DNA of 64,000 nucleotides from an uncultured Chitinophagaceae bacterium (GTDB lineage Bacteria; Bacteroidota; Bacteroidia; Chitinophagales; Chitinophagaceae): NCBI GenBank assembly GCA_963710055.1, contig CAVPYW010000008.1, positions 72,794 to 136,793 of the forward strand, read 5' to 3'. Shown piece by piece: positions 59,496 to 64,000 of this stretch (position 1 is its first letter; each line of letters starts with the position of its first letter). The notes under the pieces were generated by a model. It saw only the letters and a program-made list of their open reading frames with translations, ran no database searches and was not told where the DNA came from. The position numbers and the translations under genes were made by a program.

Positions 59496-60813
59496 ATGAA
59501 CAAAGCCATAGGAAAATATCGGTGGACCATCTGCAGTCTTTTATTTTTTGCTACTACTGTTAACTACCTTGACCGGGCAGTTATTAGTTTGTTGAAACCT
59601 TACCTGGCAGCAGATTTTGGATGGACACCTGCACAGGAAGCCGGTAATTATGCTGACATTGAAATGGCTTTTAAACTTTCCTATGCTATCGGAATGCTTT
59701 TTGCAGGTCGTTTGATCGATAAATTGGGAACCAGGATCGGTTATGCGCTTGCTACAGTATTGTGGAGTGTTGCCGCAATCTGCCATGCCTTTGCAAAAGG
59801 AACAGTAGGATTTATGATCGCAAGGACTTTTCTGGGGATCACTGAATCGGGAAATTTTCCTTCCGCCATCAAAGCCACAGCGGAATGGTTTCCTAAAAAG
59901 GAAAGGGCACTTGCTACAGGCATTTTTAATTCCGGATCCAATATTGGTGCTATCGCTGCACCACTTAGTGTGCCGCTGATCGCTGATAACTGGGGATGGC
60001 AATGGGCTTTTATTATTACAGGCGCCATCGGTTTTATCTGGCTTATACTTTGGTTCATTTATTATGAAGTGCCAAGGATGCAAAAAAGATTGTCAGCCGA
60101 AGAGCTTGCTTATATTGAAAGTGACAAAGAAGATATAGCCGTTGCTCCCGATGCAGAGCAACTTCCACGAATATCCTGGAGCAAACTGCTCACTTATCGC
60201 CAGACATGGGCCTTTGCCATTGGTAAATTTTTGACCGATCCTGTTTGGTGGTTTTATCTATTCTGGCTTCCTGATTTTCTGCGCAAACAGTATCATCTTA
60301 CCAGCAAAGAGATCATGTGGCCGACAGACTCTTGTTTATATTATTTCCAGTATTGGCAGTATTGGCGGTGGCTGGTTGCCATTAAAGCTCATCAACAAAG
60401 GCTGGCCTGTATTCAAAGCAAGGAAGACAAGTATGCTGATCTATGCTTTCCTGGTGATACCGATCGTATTTGCCCAACAACTTGGCAGTATGAATATGTG
60501 GTACGCAGTTCTTATAATCGGATTGGCGGCGGCGGCTCACCAGGCATGGAGCGCCAATATTTTTACGACCGTATCCGATATGTTTCCCAAAAGAGCTACT
60601 GCTTCTGTAACAGGTATTGGCGGACTGGCCGGCGGACTCGGCGGCGTTTTGCTTACCTTATTGGTACAGAAAAAAATGTTTGTTCATTATGAGTCGATCG
60701 GTAAGATACAAACCGGCTATTTTATAATGTTCCTTATCTGCGGCGGTGCTTATTTGCTTGGCTGGAGTATCATGCATTTTCTTGTTCCACGGATGAAGAG
60801 AATAGAATTATAA
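59496..60813 (+). pseudogene. exuT: ExuT-like hexuronate MFS transporter, split by a +1 frameshift near 60328
   Basis: NYLDR, ESGNFP, EWFPKKERA..TGIFNSG; removing one base restores WPTALVYIISSIGSIGGGWLP, which joins the 60376-60813 frame (AHQAWSAN). Confidence 0.85.
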
Positions 60814-61071
60814 ACAATGCTTCACAGTCTTTTAATGAATACTATCGGCTACCCTTAGGCCGGTTTTTATATGCTGCGATATTCGTGGAACAGGAGAAGC
60901 CATTCATCATTAAAAAATTGTAAAGAATAAAAAATACCAGTTAGTGGTATTTTTCAAATAAGTTTTCTCCTTACCTTCGGAACGTACTCCTTTGTATCCT
61001 TTCAAAACAATCAGAAAATTTAAGGTAAAGATCAAGTAGCGTTAAATCCTTTTACGGATCAAACGCTTATC

Positions 61072-61674
61072 ATGTTGAGAGAAACTTTTCAGTTCTTCGC
61101 TGATGAACTGAACAAATATCTTATTCTAAAACAGGTCGTATCGTCAGATACACCACGTGTCGTAGTGGGCAATGTTGCCCGTGCATACGACAATGAAACC
61201 CTTAGCGGTTCCGATCCCATTATTAACAGGGCCATTTTATCATTGGTAAATATTGAAGAAGACCGGGTATCAAGGCAACAGGAAAACTATACAAAGTCGG
61301 ATACCGGTACAAAATATAAGAGCCCCCCGCTTTTTCTCAACCTGTATATGCTGGTCTCTTCCAACCGAAGCAATTACAGCCAGTCGCTGGCATGGATAAG
61401 TCATATCATACAATTCTTTCAATACCAGAATGTATTTACTCCTATTACTCATCCTTCACTTGACAGCAGGATCAAAAAACTGATCGTTGAACTGCACTCA
61501 TTGAATTTCGAACAAATAAATCATTTATGGAGTACACTGGGTGGTAAATACCTGCCATCTGTTATGTATAAGATCCGCCAGGTAACATTGGATGAAGACC
61601 TTGTCGTAAGCGAAAGCGGATTTATAAAAGAGATCCAGATCGAAGAAAAAGCAAAACAACCGGTGATCGAATGA
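61072..61674 (+). CDS. DUF4255 / Pvc16-Afp16 family cap (tail-terminator) protein of a contractile injection system
   Basis: LSLVNIEEDR, PPLFLNLYML, IIQFFQ...F, LWSTLGGKYLPSVMYKIR. Confidence 0.9.
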   Translation: MLRETFQFFADELNKYLILKQVVSSDTPRVVVGNVARAYDNETLSGSDPIINRAILSLVNIEEDRVSRQQENYTKSDTGTKYKSPPLFLNLYMLVSSNRSNYSQSLAWISHIIQFFQYQNVFTPITHPSLDSRIKKLIVELHSLNFEQINHLWSTLGGKYLPSVMYKIRQVTLDEDLVVSESGFIKEIQIEEKAKQPVIE

Positions 61675-62900
61675 AGACAACGTACAGGATATTATTCACG
61701 GTAGAAATGCTGCATGATTATTACAACAATCTTCAGTGCACTGACTTTGATATCATACCATCCGATGCAACGATCCGGCTGATGAAGAACAGGCAAATGA
61801 TGTTCAAGAATGTCGGGAACAAATTGATAGTAATGGTAAAAGTAAAAACGGATGCACCCGATATCGACAAACCTTTTATCGATCTAAATCCTGACGATAA
61901 GTTTTTGTTTTACCTCCAACTGAACAATACAAAAGCAAGTATCATCAGCAATTTTGATGTAGATAAGTTGCGCAGCGGCAGACGGTATTACTTTACCAAC
62001 CTGTATGAGAACGATCTTGATGATGGTCTCAGTCTTACCAGTAAAATAGAAGCAGTAGCAGGTGCTGCAGAATATGTGCCCGGCGATTTTACTGCCGATG
62101 GAGCTAATACCGTTTATGAATGTATCAAAAGCACCGACGAAACAAATAATCCGCCGAATGCAGTTTTTTGGCAGGACAGGGGCAAACAGCAATATGTTTC
62201 CGGCGCCGATATGCTGCCATTGAAATCAAGATTTGAAGAATTTACAGTAACCAATGACGCCAAAGAATTTACGATCACTGTATCCGGGTTCAACAGGCTC
62301 AGTGGAAATTATGATAAGAATATACCGATCGAAGCGAATTTTTTTACCAGCGATACGGATACAAGTATAGTACAGGCAAAATTAACAGAGCTTCCGGCAG
62401 GACGATATACGATCGATATCAATACACAGGAATTTAATGTATTTGTCGATGATACCGCTGTTCATAGCAATGTATTCGGGATCATAGAAATATTTTCACA
62501 TTTTGCCAATGGAACTGATTTTGCTTTTCTTGATATTAACGGTAAAGTAAAAGATGTAAGTGGTAATCCGCCATCATGGCTGCGCTATAAGATCCGTTTT
62601 GCCAATCGTATGGCTTATTGGCAATACAATACGCCAAGGCATGGTGTTACAGCCATCACCGATCTCGCGGCCTTGTATTCTTTCAATCCAACACCGGCTG
62701 CACCCGGCGATAAAGATTTTTTTACTTCTGATAAACCGATACCGTTACTGGAATCACCGTGGAAATTTAAGGTGAATGTGATAAGCCTGTCAAATGATGA
62801 AGATCCGCTGGCGCCCAATCCCGATCCTGATATTACCGGGATGTTGCGGCGAACCGAAAACGACAAAGATTATTTCTGTACGATAACACTCAATTATTAA
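61671..62900 (+). CDS. Hypothetical CIS protein between cap and sheath (putative cap adaptor)
   Basis: ATGA overlap with DUF4255; LFTVEMLHDYY N-terminus and LPNP-like LAPNPDP C-terminus; position typical of Bacteroidota CIS loci. Confidence 0.6.
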   Translation: MKTTYRILFTVEMLHDYYNNLQCTDFDIIPSDATIRLMKNRQMMFKNVGNKLIVMVKVKTDAPDIDKPFIDLNPDDKFLFYLQLNNTKASIISNFDVDKLRSGRRYYFTNLYENDLDDGLSLTSKIEAVAGAAEYVPGDFTADGANTVYECIKSTDETNNPPNAVFWQDRGKQQYVSGADMLPLKSRFEEFTVTNDAKEFTITVSGFNRLSGNYDKNIPIEANFFTSDTDTSIVQAKLTELPAGRYTIDINTQEFNVFVDDTAVHSNVFGIIEIFSHFANGTDFAFLDINGKVKDVSGNPPSWLRYKIRFANRMAYWQYNTPRHGVTAITDLAALYSFNPTPAAPGDKDFFTSDKPIPLLESPWKFKVNVISLSNDEDPLAPNPDPDITGMLRRTENDKDYFCTITLNY

Positions 62901-62920
62901 ACTTTTAAAATTTAGAAAAT

Positions 62921-64000
62921 ATGGCAACCAGTTACAAAACCCCCGGCGTATTTGTGGAAGAAATTCCCAAACTACCTCCTTCCGTGGCACAGGTTGAAAC
63001 AGCTATACCTGCGTTCATCGGATACACAGAAAAAGCAGAAAAAAATGGCGACAACATTGCAAACATTCCTACCGAGGTTTCGTCCCTGGTTGAATTTGAG
63101 ACCTGGTTCGGCGCAGCTTATGCTTACCAGCCGGGGGATGTAAGCGTGGAATTGGATGAGAATAACAATTTTGCTGTAACGGAAATAGAATATATCGATA
63201 AATCATTTTATCTCTATGATTCGATCCGTTTATTCTATGATAACGGCGGAGGGAAATGTTATGTTACTTCGGTCGCATTATATAGTGCCGATTCTTTTAC
63301 CAATGGAGTGTTGGACAGCGCTGCTGCTTTAACGGCAGGTTTGAATGCGGTTGAAAAATATGATGAGCCAACTATCCTTCTATTCCCCGATGCAGTGAAT
63401 TTGTCTGAGCCTGAATTTTATTCATTACAGCAGGCGGCTATTTCGCAATGCGCCAAACTACAGGACAGGGTTGCTGTTCTTGATCTGAATGAGAATGGAA
63501 CAGATGAACTGGATGAAGCCGTCGATGAATTCCGTGATAATATCGGTATCAGTAATTTAAAATATGCGGCTGCCTATACTCCGTGGTTGTATAATACATA
63601 TTCCCGCACGGTAGGTTTTGAGTTGTTCAGGAATAATGTTGTTGACAGTACCAATAATCCTGTTGACCTGGCTGATGATGTTTCAACAGATACGGATATG
63701 AATACATTGATCGCAACAGCCGACAATGCAATAGATGATCTTAAAGTGATCACCGACGATGTGAATACGTTGCGTAGCACATCTCCCACATTGACCGACA
63801 GGTATAATAAACTGCGCAGCGCTGTTATGCTCGCATCCGATGCTACAACTCTTGTTGCTTTTCAAGCCCTTGTTGATTATGTACGGTTGGTGGCAATGAC
63901 ATTCCCGACATGGCGCTCAGGTGTAGGTTCTTTTTCCAACCCGGATCTTATCAATGCATTGGATGCAGCCGGTAACGATTCTGTAGCAGGATTGAGAAAA
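62921..64000 (+). CDS. Contractile tail sheath protein, truncated by the right window edge
   Basis: Not in the ORF track. Hand translation MATSYKTPGVFVEEIPKLPPSVAQVETAIPAFIGYTEKA...YLYDSIRLFYDNGGGKCYV...LFPDAV...QCAKLQDRVAVLD...YAAAYTPWL is open for 360 codons to the edge. Confidence 0.95.
   Translation, partial: MATSYKTPGVFVEEIPKLPPSVAQVETAIPAFIGYTEKAEKNGDNIANIPTEVSSLVEFETWFGAAYAYQPGDVSVELDENNNFAVTEIEYIDKSFYLYDSIRLFYDNGGGKCYVTSVALYSADSFTNGVLDSAAALTAGLNAVEKYDEPTILLFPDAVNLSEPEFYSLQQAAISQCAKLQDRVAVLDLNENGTDELDEAVDEFRDNIGISNLKYAAAYTPWLYNTYSRTVGFELFRNNVVDSTNNPVDLADDVSTDTDMNTLIATADNAIDDLKVITDDVNTLRSTSPTLTDRYNKLRSAVMLASDATTLVAFQALVDYVRLVAMTFPTWRSGVGSFSNPDLINALDAAGNDSVAGLRK

Noticed and set aside
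50285-60331. GACTC present at two frameshift sites, suggesting methylation-linked sequencing error
   Set aside because: The motif exists only after the extra base is included, and the other two sites lack it; likely coincidence
62952-63865. Short track ORFs at 62952, 63574 and 63683
   Set aside because: Shadows of the sheath CDS (62921 onward) that the track omitted because it has no stop codon in the window
61072-64000. Prophage tail region
   Set aside because: DUF4255 plus this sheath type at an operon start, with no integrase, capsid or terminase in view, fits a CIS better; it cannot be fully excluded at the window edge

Overview
The window looks like Bacteroidota DNA, probably Chitinophagaceae (SusC/SusD pair, T9SS sorting domain, TAnnTTTG-type promoters; the taxon is inferred). 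From left to right it holds: (1) a surface-polysaccharide cluster (ligase/polymerase, Wzx, GT2/GT4, epimerase); (2) a SAM-I riboswitch-controlled metB-hom operon; (3) uvrA followed by an intact-looking IS3-family element with a 3-bp target duplication and an A6G -1 frameshift site; (4) a mixed region with a candidate rod-shaped ncRNA, a nearly cargo-less T9SS substrate, an orphan GH19 lysozyme, rarA, and a Panacea (DUF4065) antitoxin plus an unknown MazF-like partner behind a perfect 15-bp inverted repeat; (5) a ~30-kb LacI-associated pectin/galacturonate utilisation locus with two matching operator-promoter units and four single-base frameshifts; (6) the start of a contractile injection system (Pvc16/DUF4255 cap, putative cap adaptor with a CBM5/12-like insert, tail sheath) that runs off the right edge. 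Several families of short palindromic or periodic repeats occur across the window. Some sit in-frame inside proteins (UvrA, RarA, ElaA, PL1, an oxidoreductase, UxaB), inside riboswitch stems, or at stop codons. The two edge CDSs (1-1157 and 62921-64000) are missing from the ORF track and were translated by hand. No database searches were run, so all family assignments come from motif recognition.
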